A DNA stretch of 64,000 nt. It comes from Octopus sinensis. Taxonomy: Eukaryota. Under the pieces are notes generated by a model. It did no database searches and had not been told where the DNA came from. It saw nothing but the letters and a program-made list of their open reading frames with translations. The stretch is from positions 43,338,001 through 43,402,000 of the forward strand of contig NC_042998.1 of NCBI RefSeq assembly GCF_006345805.1, in the 5' to 3' direction. The translations under genes and the position numbers were made by a program. Shown piece after piece: positions 37,061-52,481 of the stretch. The stretch's first letter is position 1; every line of letters begins with the position of its first letter.

Positions 37061-38067
37061 CATATGGATAGAGTATATATTTGTATTTTGATTTTTTGAT
37101 TTTGATTTTGGACTCTTGAGCGCTACGACGGAACTATAGCAAAGTCTTATTGTTTCTACATATATATTAGGAAAAACCTACAAACTTTGTTTTCATGTTA
37201 TTGTATTGCATAAGATTACCTTGATTATTATATTACCTTGATTATTTATAAATGACCCAAAATAGGATGTTATATTTTATTTTATATGTCTTTCGTATAT
37301 ATTTTTTATTAATGCACCCATTTTTTAAAAGCAATGTTTTTTAAAAAAAAGCAATGTTGTCAAATTTAGAATGTTTATATAAGTTTGTGTATAGCAAAGC
37401 ATATGTATTTGTAAGCATGCGTATCTGTTATGTGTAAGTGAAAGTATGCTTGTGCTTAAGCACGCATACCACGACGGTATGTATATGTATCAATTCAAAC
37501 TTGTGTATGTATACTGGCCTCTATAGATGCCAATAATATCGCTACAAGTTTTTTCCCCACCCCTCCTTCGTTCCTTTTCTCTCTTTCCCTTTCTTTCGTT
37601 CCCCCCTTGCTCAGTATATGAGAATTGCTACATAGATGAATTTTAGCTTGCGTGCGAGACGGTTTTGCGTGAATATATGTACACATGCTTTTATGTGTAT
37701 AATTTAGATTCATATTCATACGTCTGTATATGTATGTATGGCGTTTACGCGCATCCTTTTGTGTATGTTGATATATATATGTGGATTTTAATATAAATAT
37801 GTATTGCAGCATTTATAACAGGTTTAATTTCTATGCATTAATTTGTACTGTCTTCATTAACGGCAATAGGTTTTTTCCTCGGATTTTATAATTTTTTATA
37901 AGTTTTTTTATATATATATACAATATTTTTGACCTTTTTGTTATCGCTCGAAGATTGACCGTTTTTTTTTTTTTTTCTAAAGGGCCAATCAAACAAGTCC
38001 ATTTCTTTTTAAAGGTGTAGCGTTTGTAAGAGTATAGATTGAATTAATATATATGTTCCATTCTAGC

Positions 38068-38115
38068 AAAAACTGTCTGATGAACGGCAACAAGAAACTC
38101 AGAGTAACAGATTTT
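38068..38115 (+). ncRNA. Type I hammerhead motif, copy 1 of direct repeat (stem II damaged)
   Basis: CTGT-CTGATGA-ACGGCAACAA-GAA-ACTCAGAGT-A-ACAG. Confidence 0.55.
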
Positions 38116-38286
38116 GTTGAATTTTCTGCTGCTTAAAATAAAGCATATTACTCTACCACTGGTATTTGAGTACTCTTTGTTCCACCTTGTTTCACATTTA
38201 TGTGTTTACTCCGGTATATATATATATATACATATATATGTATATATATATACATATATACGCATATATTCACGTATATATATACA

Positions 38287-39174
<888 letters not shown>

Positions 39175-39319
39175 TAAACAGAAACGATCGTAAAAGTACT
39201 AATACTACCACTTTTTTATAGTTAATTTAATTAATGGCTGACTAGCGTAAAACGGCAAACTTCTTCCGTGTTTGTTCCTCCATTTTCTTCTTGCATATAT
39301 ATATATATATATATTATAG

Positions 39320-39373
<54 letters not shown>

Positions 39374-39963
39374 TGTATGTATGTATGTATGTATGATAGA
39401 TCAGTGCTTTTCAATCTTTTTGCTGGAGCGGAACCCCAAGGAAACATTCCACTGGCTCGAGGAATCCCTATGCAATAATTTAATAGTCTTATGCACACAT
39501 ATCTGCACAGGAGACTTTAAAATTACTGCCGATTTTAGCAGTTTTGTAATTTCTTGCGGAACCCCTGCACCGTACTGGCGGAACCCTGGTTGAAAACCAC
39601 TGGTATAGATGTATATATATGCAAGAAGAAAATATATATATATATATATATACATATATATACACACACATGCATGTATACAAACATATATATATTTAGT
39701 TAGTTAGTTAGTTAATTTGGCTCAAAAGCAAATAGCAATGTCTTCATTAACGGCAATAGGTTTTTTTTCCTCGGTTTTTTCCTCGGATTTTATAATTTTT
39801 ATAAGTTTTTTTATATATATACATATTTTTGACCTTTTTGTTTATCGCTCGAAGATGACCGTTTTTTTTTTTAAAGGGCCAATCAAACAAGTCCATTTCA
39901 TTTTAAAGTGTGTAGCGTTTGTAAGAGTATAGATTGAATTAATATATATGTTCCATTCTAGCA

Positions 39964-40009
39964 AAAACTGTCTGATGAACGGCAACGGAAACTCAGAGTA
40001 ACAGATTTT
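39964..40009 (+). ncRNA. Type I hammerhead motif, copy 2 of direct repeat, GUA site after 40000
   Basis: AAAACTGT-CTGATGA-A-CG(GCAA)CG-GAA-ACT(CAG)AGT-A-ACAG(A)TTTT. Confidence 0.7.
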
Positions 40010-40098
40010 GTTGAATTTCTGCTGCTTAAAATAAAGTATATATATATATACATATGTTATATTATACATATATGCAAATATATTATATATTATATATA

Positions 40099-40142
<44 letters not shown>

Positions 40143-40880
40143 ATTTAATATACGTATGCATATATATATATACATATATTTTGACCTTTTTGTTTATCGC
40201 TCGAAGATTGACCGTTTTTTTTTTTCTAAAGGGCCAATCAAACAAGTCCATTCTTTTTAAAGGTGTAGCGTTTGTAAGAGTATAGATTGAATAATATATA
40301 TGTTCCATTCTAGCAAAAACTGCTGATTGAACGGCAACGAGAAACTCAGAGTAACAGATTTTGTTGAATTTTCTCTGCTTAAAATAAAGTATATATATAT
40401 ATATACATATGTATATATATAACATATATGCATATATATATATATATATAGATATATTATATATATATATATATATAATATATTATATACATATATGTAT
40501 ATATACGTATGCATATATATATATACATATAATATATGCATGTATATATATATACATAAATAAATATATATATATAAATATATATATATATAATATATTA
40601 TATATATATATATATACATATGCATATATTGATATAAATATACATTTATTATAATATAGATAGATAGATATGTGCATAAATGTATATATACAGATATAGT
40701 ATATATATATGTATAAATGTATATATGTATATATATATATGTATATGTATTATATATATTATATTTATATATATGTATGTATCTATGTATTATATATATA
40801 CATATATATATATAATATATATATATATATATAATATATAATTGATCAAAATAAAATAAAAACATGATGCGAAGGTATCA

Positions 40881-40958
40881 GCGGTACATATGTTTCGGGC
40901 CTTTATTAGACAGATTTATAACAATGCATAATGTATGTCTGTGGCCTTCTTCAGCCGC
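40881..40958 (-). ncRNA. Type I hammerhead motif with long stem II (minus-strand copy)
   Basis: Reverse complement of 42756-42833. Confidence 0.6.
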
Positions 40959-42755
40959 GCACAACAGCTCCCACAAGGACATGTGTTACATCAAAAATTC
41001 TTGGTTGGGGATGCAAATCCTCTCATTCACGTACGACATAATGCGGCAGCAGCATAGAATTGAAGCGTCCATCTCTTTCTTCTCTCAATGTAGAATGAGG
41101 AAATTTGGATGTTGAGGTAATGTAAATAAATAAATACATATATAGAGAGTTCGGGACGAGGGATAAATATTTCCCTAAATATTTCTTCTCCTACACCCAT
41201 ATCCTCCCTATGTAGTCTCTTTAATTCCCTATATCTATACCTTTCACATTCTAACTCAGATGTTGAACGCACACCGCCAAACTCCACTTCCCACCTTCCA
41301 ATTTCAGTTTTCCCCGCCCGCCCCTACGTTTAATACACAACTCTAACTTTCAACCACCTCATCTCATGTTAAACTTTACAAAATTATATCTTATCTTATT
41401 TTATTTTATTTTATTTTACTTTTATTTTTACTTTATCCTACTTCCATTTATTTTATTTTTAATTTTATTTTTACTTTTATTCTACTTCCATTTATTCTCA
41501 TTTTCATTTCCATCCCTTACCTTAACTCTGATAATTTTATAATTCTTATACTTCATTTCTAACTATTACATTGTATTTCTTATTTTATACTGTATTTTTT
41601 ATTTCTAATCTTTACCCTTACCCTCATTCTTACCCCTAACTTATCGCTTTACACCTCTATATATGTTTATTTACTTACCTATGGATCCACTTTTTGAATA
41701 TACGAGCGTCCGCGTACGTGTGTATACGCATTACTTCGATACCTTATAGCTATACCCATGTGCGCGTGTGTCTGTGTGTGTGTGTACGAGTGTATATGTG
41801 CACGCACATACGGGCACACAGCCGTGTGTGCGTGCACGTATTGACATGAGTACGGGATTCTTTACATACGTTCTTATACACATCCTTTAATATCTTATAC
41901 CTAGACCTAGAGGCGTGGGCATATACGTGTGTGTATGTAGTGATGGGCGCGCCTATATACATGTGAGCGTGTACGCGCGTAATGTCCGTGTATATATGCG
42001 GATATTCTGTTGTATGTATGTGTGTGTACGCGAGTGCGTGGGTGCGTGCGTGTGTGTTTATGTACGTGTTTACACGCGAGTACGTGTGTATGCTTATAGG
42101 TGGAGGCGTATATGTACGCGTGTATGTGGGTGTATGTATCCATGATGATATGTATGTACTAGAAGTCCATTTAATCAAGGAACCAGATTAAATGCTCATC
42201 AGCTCTGATTTACAACGCATTAAGTCCCCAGACGAAACTGTTGATTTACTGACAATTCTACAACTAAATTTTATCAATCTCCTGACCACCATGCTTGGTC
42301 CGTAACCTCTATACATCCCTTATCTTTACATTCTTTTACACTTTTATCATGTTTTTATCAGGTTTTTTTACTTTTATTTCTATTCTATTTTTACTTTATA
42401 ACCTTATGCTTTACATTTATTTATATTTCTTTATATTTCTTTATACCCCCTTTACATCTCCTTACAACTCTTTATCATCTTTATCCCTACTACATTATAT
42501 TATTCTATACTTACACTTTTATACATTTTTTATCCCTCGTCCCGAACTCTCGCCCCTCCATCTTCACCTCTATATATGTATTTATTTATTTACATTACCT
42601 CAACATCCAAATTTCCTCATTCTACATTGAGAGAAGAAAGAGATGGACGCTTCAATTCTATGCTGTTGCCGCATTATGTCGTACGTGAATGAGAGGATTG
42701 CATCCCAACCAAGATTTTTGATGTGAAACACATGTCCTTGTGGAAGCTGTTGTGC

Positions 42756-42833
42756 GCGGCTGAAGAAGGCCACAGACATACATTATGCATTGTTATAAAT
42801 CTGTCTAATAAAGGCCCGAAACATATGTACCGC
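42756..42833 (+). ncRNA. Type I hammerhead motif with long stem II, GUA site after 42829
   Basis: GCGG-CTGAAGA-AGGCCACAGA...TCTGT..GGCCC-GAA-ACATATGT-A-CCGC; palindromic stem III. Confidence 0.65.
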
Positions 42834-42940
42834 TGAATCCTTCGCATCATGTTTTTATTTTATTTTGATCAATTTACTCCACCACCTACACCACCAAACG
42901 GTATACACAGGTGCTTATAATTATCAAGTACTCACCCCGA

Positions 42941-42997
<57 letters not shown>

Positions 42998-42998
42998 G

Positions 42999-43031
<33 letters not shown>

Positions 43032-43160
43032 ATATATAAATTGAATTTAAACTTAATTGTAATTCGAATTTAATTATAGCCATGAAACGTACGTAGTGCT
43101 TTTACTTATTATATTATATTTATCATTTTTTATACATTTAAAAAAAAAAAATTATATATG

Positions 43161-43227
<67 letters not shown>

Positions 43228-43509
43228 ATATATAATATATATATCTTTATTGTTATTTATGTATTGGTTTATGTCTATCACTGTCTGAGTTGCCTAATAG
43301 TGGTTTTATTTCTAATTCATATTATATATGTATATATATATATATAATATATACAGTTATTCGTACACATGAATATATGGACGCGCATATACATTAGGTA
43401 TATACTAATCGGGACAGTTCTGCTGACGTTTATAGCCCCAAGAAGACATCTCTCCCAGCTGGCTAACGGTACACATTTTGTGTCATGGCTAGAGATGGGA
43501 CCGATGACT

Positions 43510-44080
43510 TCCCTTCGCAAATACTAATCGGATACAGAATGTGTGTTGTTAGCCATCTGGAAGAGATGTCTTCCAGATATTATTTCCACAAGAGGCATGA
43601 TGCAGTGGCCAGAACGATCTGGAACGGAATGATAAAATCATCCACTGACGAAGTTGATTATATTGAGACTGAGGGGTCAAAAGGATATTGGTGTAATTTA
43701 AAAATCAAAACAACAACCAAGTTAAAACACAACCAGCTAGATGTTGTCGTGTGGGATCACAAGGGGAAGATATGTTTTGTTGTGTAGATCAGTTGCCTTC
43801 TGGACACCAATAGGGTTCGGAAAATCCAAGAAAAAGAAAACATCTATCGACTATTGATAAGGAGTTTACAAGTCCAGTATCTAAGATACGCTTTTGGCTT
43901 CATACCTATCGTTATTGGAGCAACCGAATATACACCAACCAGTCTGGAAGAAAGATTGTTTGAACCTGGGATCTTGCGGGAGAGAATGCAAATGCTTAAT
44001 TTATACTCTACAAATGACCACGATATCAGTGACAATGAAAATCTGCAAGACGCTTCTTATGATTTAAAGGATGATGGTTA
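43510..44080 (+). mobile_element. Old REL-endonuclease non-LTR fragment
   Basis: CV..HL....HKRHDAVA, LDVVVWD, KENIY, IPIVIGA. Confidence 0.6.
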
Positions 44081-44159
44081 AAATAAGATGCTTTCCTTCA
44101 CAGCTTTGCTACCAAGTACATGGCAGGTCAAAATTTACTCTGAATTCAAAGAGAAAGAG

Positions 44160-44233
<74 letters not shown>

Positions 44234-44248
44234 CACCACACACACACA

Positions 44249-44288
<40 letters not shown>

Positions 44289-44602
44289 GCACATACACAC
44301 ACATATACACACACACACAAACTCACATGTATGTATCAATATATGTGAACAGATGTATGTATATAAATATATATATATATATGTATCTGCATATATATGT
44401 GTGTGTGTATATGATTGTGTGTGTGCGTCTGTGCGTGTATGTGTGTCTGTGTGTTTTCACACACGACGATATATATATATATTATATATATATATATATA
44501 TACTTCTCAACTTCTGTTCTTTCAACATGTGATCTCTTGAGCACCACCAGCAAAAATGTTTTTTTCCTCTGTCTTCCCTTCTTGGGATCTTTCCTTCTCC
44601 TT

Positions 44603-44637
44603 GTTTCCGACGAAGAGCTCCGCTCGAAACGTTAAAC
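44603..44637 (+). ncRNA. Minimal type I hammerhead motif (U4C), same family as 31969-32003
   Basis: GTTT-CCGACGA-A-GAGC(TCC)GCTC-GAA-ACGT-T-AAAC. Confidence 0.65.
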
Positions 44638-45043
44638 CCTCCTTCCCTTCTTTCCTGAGCATCAAATAATACTTTAATTGTTCCACGACCTCGCGTTGCT
44701 ATTTTTGTCTGTGTTTTCTTGTTTGGATTAACTATATATATATACATATACATATACAAATATATATATATATACACACACACACACATATGTATATATA
44801 TACATATATATATGTATATACACACATACACATACACACATACACACACCACACACACACACACGCACATACACACACACACACTCACACACACACACAC
44901 ACATTATAATTTGAAGGCTCCAATCAGGTTGGTAAACCGAGCCTGGTTTTCTTTACAAAATATCCACTGTCTGACTATTTTTTGAGATATGAAATGAAAG
45001 TTTCAAGAAACGCATATTTATCGCCTCTGGTGAATCAACACAT

Positions 45044-45085
<42 letters not shown>

Positions 45086-45086
<1 letters not shown>

Positions 45087-45608
45087 TATATATATATATA
45101 TATATATATAAAACTCTAGTTGTGTGAGTGTCTGTCCCCTTCGATTTAGATTCCTAACTCCTCCCACATTTTGCGGTGCAGTTTAACCAAATTCGGGTAT
45201 CTTATAGTCGTGATTCGTATCGAGCCCGTCTGGCTATTAGCGCGCGTCAACGATGAGTCTACGATTTTAAAAATAATTTAACATCATTTTTTATTCCATT
45301 TTAATGCATAATTTTTCGTGTGTCGATAGCGGCGGAGTTGGCGTCCACGCTCACAGCTGCACCTGTTTGCTTCTCCCCCTTCCCTCCCTCGTGAAGCTGT
45401 GGGGAAGGGAGTGTAAGGAAATCAATGTCGTAAAGCGTTGTCAAGGAGACCAGCGCTCTTTTAGAACAACGACTTCATGGCCTGAAGACACCAAAACAGA
45501 AATGGCTAAGAAAGCCCGAATTGGCATCTATAAGGAAAGTAACTCTCTAAAAATGCTTATATAGTTATTTCCCTTACAAACCCGAGCAACGCCGGGCGAT
45601 ACTGCTAG
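45086..45608 (+). mobile_element. Non-autonomous Helitron, longer subfamily
   Basis: Same ends (CTAG|T at 45605-45609) with a different internal segment at about 45310-45540; 5' end lost in (TA)n. Confidence 0.78.
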
Positions 45609-45624
45609 TATATATATATATATG

Positions 45625-45701
<77 letters not shown>

Positions 45702-46712
45702 TAAATACATACATACATACATGCATACACACATACATATACACATACACACGTACACAACTCACACAAACACAAATATATTGCTTACTGACCCGTTGAC
45801 GTAGGATCAACAAAAAAGTACTCTATCCAGTGAGAGATATCATTTATTTCAACAATGTGCATTAAATGAATATATAAATACATATATATATATACACACA
45901 CACACATACATACATGCAAATATATGTGTGTGTGCGTGTGTGTTGTGCGTGCGTACGCATGTGTATATATCGTGTACATACTATACACACACAATGTAAT
46001 ATACATTCATGCACATACAAATACACAGATAGAGAGAGAGAGAATGAGAATGAGTGAGAGAGAGTGAGAGAGAGAGTGAGAGAAAGAGAGAGAGTAGAGG
46101 AATTTTTTACCTGTTTAGAATTTATGAATAAAGCATATTCACACTTTCCAGAAATAACTGTATTGTCTTCCCCACAAAATCCGGTACAGTTGACGGGAGT
46201 TATCTCCCTTTATTATTTCATTATAGTTCCTATACACCTACCACACGCACTTAAAAGTATTACAATTGTAATGATAACCTTAGCATATAAATCATTTTTT
46301 CTATTGAATTCATTGCAGATAGGAGAATTTAATCTTTTAATATTGTGCATACAGGATGTTCCACTGAATTATTGTCCCTTCAAGCCTATGGTATTCATAA
46401 GCAGCCTCACTATTTTGTTTCTATTTTTATTAATATACATGCCTTCTTGACCTTACCAACTGAGATAAATATGTTTCACTTACGAAATTTGACAAGATTG
46501 AAACATGTCTATTGGTGCAAGTAGCAGGCGTTAAAGAGGAGTACGTACACGCCTAACAAAACTGCTCTTATCTTCCGAGAATAGGGTTTACTTTGCCTTT
46601 TGATTTTAGATTTTAGACTTTCCTAGGGGCAGTTTTTGGCATCAATATATTAACATAACCTCACCCAAGCGAAGTTGTTTTCAACTCACAATATTATATA
46701 TATGAGAATTTA

Positions 46713-46755
<43 letters not shown>

Positions 46756-46863
46756 CAGCAAAAATTTAGATTCAGATGAATATGGTACTTAAGTTAAAGG
46801 CACCAGTCTTTGGTATGGTATTATCCATATAAATCAAATGGGGTAATTATAATCAAAATAAGA

Positions 46864-47124
46864 AACAAGGATATCCAAAGGTAGTGTAGTACAATCATTT
46901 CATGCAACTTTATTTAATTAAACAATGTACGTATTACATCAATTTTAAAATGTAGAGCACTCTTCAGCCACATATGGAATTTTTAAAATTAAATTGACAA
47001 TGTTCATTTTCCATATGTGGCTGAAGAGTGCTCTACATTTTAAAACTGATGTAATACTTACATTGTTTAATTAAATGAAGATGCATGAATCTATTGTACT
47101 ACACTACCTTTGGATATCCTTGTT
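46864..47124. repeat. Near-perfect hairpin, about 116-bp arms, 29-nt loop
   Basis: AACAAGGATATCCAAAGGTAGTGT... / ...ACACTACCTTTGGATATCCTTGTT. Confidence 0.92.
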
Positions 47125-47139
47125 GCTTATTTTGATATA

Positions 47140-47235
<96 letters not shown>

Positions 47236-47299
47236 TATATCAGTCGCGTGCGGTGACTTCTGAGGTTGGTCATGCAATAAAGACAGGCAAACAAAAAAA

Positions 47300-48495
47300 A
47301 TAATGCCTGGATTTAGGATGCACCACCCAAAATCTGATATAGAAAGGTTATATATAGAACGTATGGAAGGTGGTAGAGGCCTTATACAGCTAGAAAACTA
47401 TTACAAAATATACACTATAGGACTACAGAAATGCCTATACCAGACGCAAGGAAAACTAATGCAAATAGCTGCACAATACGAAAAGAACAAAAAAATGTTT
47501 TCAGTTTTTAAGGAAGCTGACAAATACAAAAAAGTCATAGTACCTTGCATCTATGAAGAAAGATAAGAAATAAAAGATGTAAAACAACAGAAATCTAAAC
47601 TAAAACTTGAACAGCAACAGATCATGATAAAACGATGGCAAGATAAGCCCCTTCATGGCAAATACTGGGTTAAACTAAACAAAAAAAGACATAGACAAAG
47701 CAAAATCCCAACAATGGCTGAGAAGCTCAGGACTCAAAGCAGAGACTGAAAGATTTTTAATTGCTGCATAAGACCATAGCCTCCTCATCAGAAATTACCG
47801 AAAACATGTAATGAAAAGAAATGCAACAATTAACTACAGAATATGTGGAGATGGACAAGAAACAATAAATCATATTGTCTCTGGCTACCCAGTCCTAGCT
47901 AAGAAGGAATATATTCAGACACGACAGAATTGGGATCTATATATACTAGAAGCTGTCCCAACACTATGGAATAACAACAGAAAAAAGATGGTATAGGTAC
48001 ACACCAGAAAAGTCATGGAAAATGAGAAAGCAACCATACTCTGGGATATGCCAATGCATACAGATAGAGAAATGAAGGCCAATAGGTCGGATATAGTCAT
48101 CAAAGATCATCAAGAAAAAGATGCTTCCTAATTGATGTATCAATACCAACTGATGACAATGTTTCTCTAACAGAAACGGAGAGACTTTCAAAATACAAAG
48201 ATCTGGGAATAGAGGTATCTTGAATGTGGAATCTAAAAATAGAAACAATTCCTATCATAGTAGGCGCATAAGGTATGATAAAAAATATATTCAGACAAAT
48301 ACATTACAAAATCACCAGAGCTAACAAGTATATATAGCATATAAAAGATAGCACTAATTAGGCATCACTCACAACCTACGTAAAACACCTTCAATACAGT
48401 AAGATTGAGAGCATTACAACAAACCCACAGCACATACACAAAGTACACAGAGCTGCACTCGGTAGTGCAGTGAAAGAACGAGATAAAAGACTACT
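47300..48495 (+). mobile_element. R4/Dong-type element, same family as 11538-12470
   Basis: Collinear nucleotide similarity; followed by about 250 bp of (TAA)n. Confidence 0.88.
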
Positions 48496-48512
48496 GAATA
48501 ATAATAATAATG

Positions 48513-48653
<141 letters not shown>

Positions 48654-48676
48654 TAATAATAATAATAATAATAATG

Positions 48677-48732
<56 letters not shown>

Positions 48733-48886
48733 AATAATAATAATATGAAATAAAACAAAAAAACAACAAAATCATACAAGAATAAACTGATACTGTAAAT
48801 ACCCAACAACATGAACAAGACCCACATATGCCATAGAAGGCCGATACCCAACAGAAGAACACAACACAATGATGATGATGATGATG

Positions 48887-48925
<39 letters not shown>

Positions 48926-49013
48926 TTAATCCTTTCTACTAAAGGCACATATGAATGATATTTATGCATTTTCTGACTTTCATAATGTAACTATTAAATT
49001 TATTCAAATACAG

Positions 49014-49111
49014 ATATGCTGAAAGTAGCGTATGGATAGGTTTAACGTTATCAGGTAAATCCTGGGTTACTAATGATCATCATCCTCAATCTTGGACGAA
49101 TTGGAAAAAAG
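49014..49111 (+). CDS. Exon l: C-type lectin domain part 2
   Basis: ATACAG|; (I)YAESSVWIGLTLSGKSWVTNDHHPQSWTNWKK (WIGL, W.NW); G|GTACGT; phase 2-1, after a 15.8 kb intron. Confidence 0.92.
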
Positions 49112-49339
49112 GTACGTAATGTACAATCTTTATGCAGATTTTCTTTTATACGCCTTTTATATTTTGTATTGAAGAAATTTATGTAAACTACTTGTGTTGG
49201 TGAAATTGGTGTTTAAGTATGGCGCTGTTGTTTAATACCTGTTAGCTTCGATCCTTATGGGAGAAACATATTAAACTAATTCATTCCTGAGTCCCTGCCT
49301 TGTTTTCTTTCATAGTATACACCGGACCACATAATCAAA

Positions 49340-49737
49340 TCTTTATATATAAAAGTGAAGTTGTGTGTCTGTCTCCTACGATTTAGATTCCTAACTACTC
49401 CCACATTTTGCGATGCAGTTTAACCAAAACCGGGTATCTTATAGTCGTGATTCATATCGAGCCCTTCTGGGTATTAGTGCGCGTCTACGATGAGTCTACG
49501 ATTTTAAAAATAATTTACCATCATTTTTTTCCATTTTAATGCATCTTTTCGTTATTATATAAGAGAAGTAACTCTCTAAAAATGTCTACGATGAATCAAC
49601 GATTTAAAAAAAAATTCACCATAATTTTTTTTCATTTTTAATGCATTTTTTGGCTATTTTTTGGCTATAACTGTCTAAAAATGCTTATATAGTTATTTCC
49701 CTTACAAACCCGAGCAACGCCCGGGTGGTACTGGTAG
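49340..49737 (+). mobile_element. Non-autonomous Helitron, same family
   Basis: A|TCTTTATATATAAAAG...CCCGAGCAACGCCCGGG...GTAG|T; collinear with 4679-5077. Confidence 0.82.
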
Positions 49738-51546
49738 TGTATTATATTTAAGAAGGTGACAGTATAATTTCGGGGAAGATATGGTAACTATGCATGATAT
49801 ATTGTGTAACTATGTAGAAGCCTCTTTTAACAGCCTGTGTACGTGGGTGTTTTTATTTCCAAGATCACTTCTGATCGAGCAGACCATGTACAAATTTAGC
49901 ACTTCTTACACCATTTCCATAAAACAAGGAGTGCTTGGAGATCAGCTTTTAAATATCTAAGTTTTTAACATGTTAATCCTTTAGCTCCTACACTTATCCT
50001 GATAATATGTGTTATTCCTATTTCTCTCATATCTGAATGTGGATATATAAGAAACGGCTTGTGAAACTGCCCATGTTCACAATGTAATTTATTTAAGATT
50101 TATTGCTTATTACTTAGCATATAACTATATCTCTAGGTGATTGCCTAACATAAGCATTTGAAACTCAGCGGAAAGTATTTCTTCATATTATACTGGACGT
50201 TCAGGTACCTGGGTTTTCCTCCCGCTACACATTTACTTTCTATAATGGTGTTTATATAGGTACAAGATCACACATTTTGGTGCTGGTTATAGTTGTATAA
50301 ATCGATTCCAGAACACTTGAAATGTTCTTTGTTTCAACGACCATGGAGGAAAGAGTTAGCAAAGTTGGTCTCTGAAGAGGGGGAAGATTTAAACTCAGAT
50401 AGCGATGGTCTGAAGAAGAACACACCAAGCAATTTTATTCTACATCGAACGAATCTATTAATTCCAGCGCCATTTACTTTTTATAATATTACTGATATTT
50501 TTAAGGCGTCGTGCTGGTAGAATCATTAGCATGTCGGGTAAAATGGTTGGCGGCATTTCGTTCATCTTTACGTTCTGTGTTCAAATACAGAAACTATTAT
50601 CCACCGTGGTCAACTTTCCCTTTCCTCCTTTCGGGATCGATAAAATAGGTAGCAGTTAAGCACCGGGGTTGATGTAATCGACTTGCAAACGTCCCCCAAA
50701 TTGTTGGTCCTTTACCAAAATTTAGAACCAATGTTATAGATATTTCTCGACCAACTCAACAGAATTCAACTTAATATTTATTAAATGGATTAAAGTTATC
50801 GCACAAATCTATGGATATTCTTTGTAGGATATTCGTTCACTGCACGGTGGGTCGAATCAGATGATATTTCATTTTGTGGGTTTGTTACACTGCTATTCAC
50901 TTAAAAAAAAAATACATTTCATTCTAAGCTTTGTAATAAAACGCAGCTTCCTAAAGGCAACTGGTTGTATTTGAGATGTACCATTACTTACGCTGTTAAC
51001 TAAGTTTATTAGTAATATAAAATGGATAGCAGTTTTATACGAAATTTCTTGTTGGGTTTTTGATATACTTAACATTTTATAGTATGTAAAGTTTAAAATT
51101 CAGTTTTTTACCGATCTAGTTGAAAGCATGAAATCGTGCTGGACTACCACTATCATAATATATCATGACAGGTGATTTATTTCAGCTTACCCAAGAAAAA
51201 CTACTGGAGTCATAATGAATGGTGACACATATTTCGTGGCAATACTGTTAAGATGACAACAACCAACAAATGATAAGTATGATAGATCCTGTGAACACTC
51301 AAAACAAGAAAACAAGAGATCATGTCGTTTTCCTAGAATGGATCTCTTTTCGGTCGCCTGAATTATTACAGTATTTTTTGACACATGGCACCTCTAAGAC
51401 GACCGCCAAACGCTGAACGAAAGTAACTGAATTGCAGCCAAGCTCAATAAAAGAAGCGCGAGTTATTGGCTGAAATTACATACTTGAAGTCATTGTTGGC
51501 AGAAATTAAACCAGCTTGCAAAGCCTGAGTGCCGGAGTCTCCACTG

Positions 51547-51578
<32 letters not shown>

Positions 51579-52191
51579 GTATATATATATTCATACTCAC
51601 ACATACGTACATTGTGTAATGTCTTTAACCCTTTCCTTTTAAAACAACATTGCTTTACTTGCTCACTCATTCTGTTATCCATGTGTATAAAGTTTTTCTT
51701 GTATGTGAGGAAGAAAGAACCCTAGTAACAAATATTGGAGTAAAGATTATTAGAATCAGTACAGCGTCAGAGAAAATACCTTGCATTATGAGTTCAAATC
51801 TCACTTCGGTCAGCTATTGTTTTTCATCCTTACTGGCTCACTAAAATAAAGTATGCATCAAGTACTGGAGTAGATTTACTTCAATCAACACATTTCTGCA
51901 AATTTCAGGCCTTGTACCTATACTAGAAACAATTAAGTATGGCGGATTGACAAAATCGATTGAGCGTCCAACGAAATGCTTTGTGGCAGTTGCTCTCACT
52001 CTTGACATTCTGAGTTCAAATCCTGGTGAGATTATCTGTAGGAGTTCCATAAAATAAGGACCGATCAAATATTGCAATCGATGTAAACGATTAGCCCTGG
52101 TTTTGTGATTACTGGTTTTGTGATTAAATTAGAAACAATTGTTGTCATTGTTGTAAATTGTGGGATAATCAATTGAATTTCTTTTTATCAG

Positions 52192-52329
52192 GGCAACCAA
52201 ACCTAAATAAATCACAAGCAAATTGTGTAGTGTTTTCCACTTTAGATGATAAAAAATGGAAGAATGTACCGTGTGACTGGTTGCACATGAATGCATTCTT
52301 TTGTAAGCGGCCGGCGGTATACCAAATTG
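52192..52329 (+). CDS. Exon m: C-type lectin domain part 3
   Basis: TTTCTTTTTATCAG|; (G)QPNLNKSQANCVVFSTLDDKKWKNVPCDWLHMNAFFCKRPAVYQI; G|GTGAGT; phase 1-1. Confidence 0.93.
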
Positions 52330-52392
52330 GTGAGTAAACACGATATTACTTAAATCTATCAATACACATACGTACGTACATACATACATATA

Positions 52393-52423
<31 letters not shown>

Positions 52424-52481
52424 CATACATACATATATACATACATAAAATATACATTCATGCATGCATACATAACACATA

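Larger units (their letters stand above)
40841..42873. repeat. Inverted repeat with about 305-bp arms flanking about 1.4 kb
   Basis: 40841-41147 is the reverse complement of about 42568-42873. Confidence 0.92.

Noticed and set aside
41027-41287. 86-aa minus-strand ORF inside the 2-kb inverted-repeat element
   Set aside because: It runs into the repeat arm and has no convincing motif
50293-50520. 75-aa ORF with an in-phase CAG acceptor, as a possible exon
   Set aside because: No C-type lectin similarity, and exons l and m already join to give the expected W.NW..GQPN sequence
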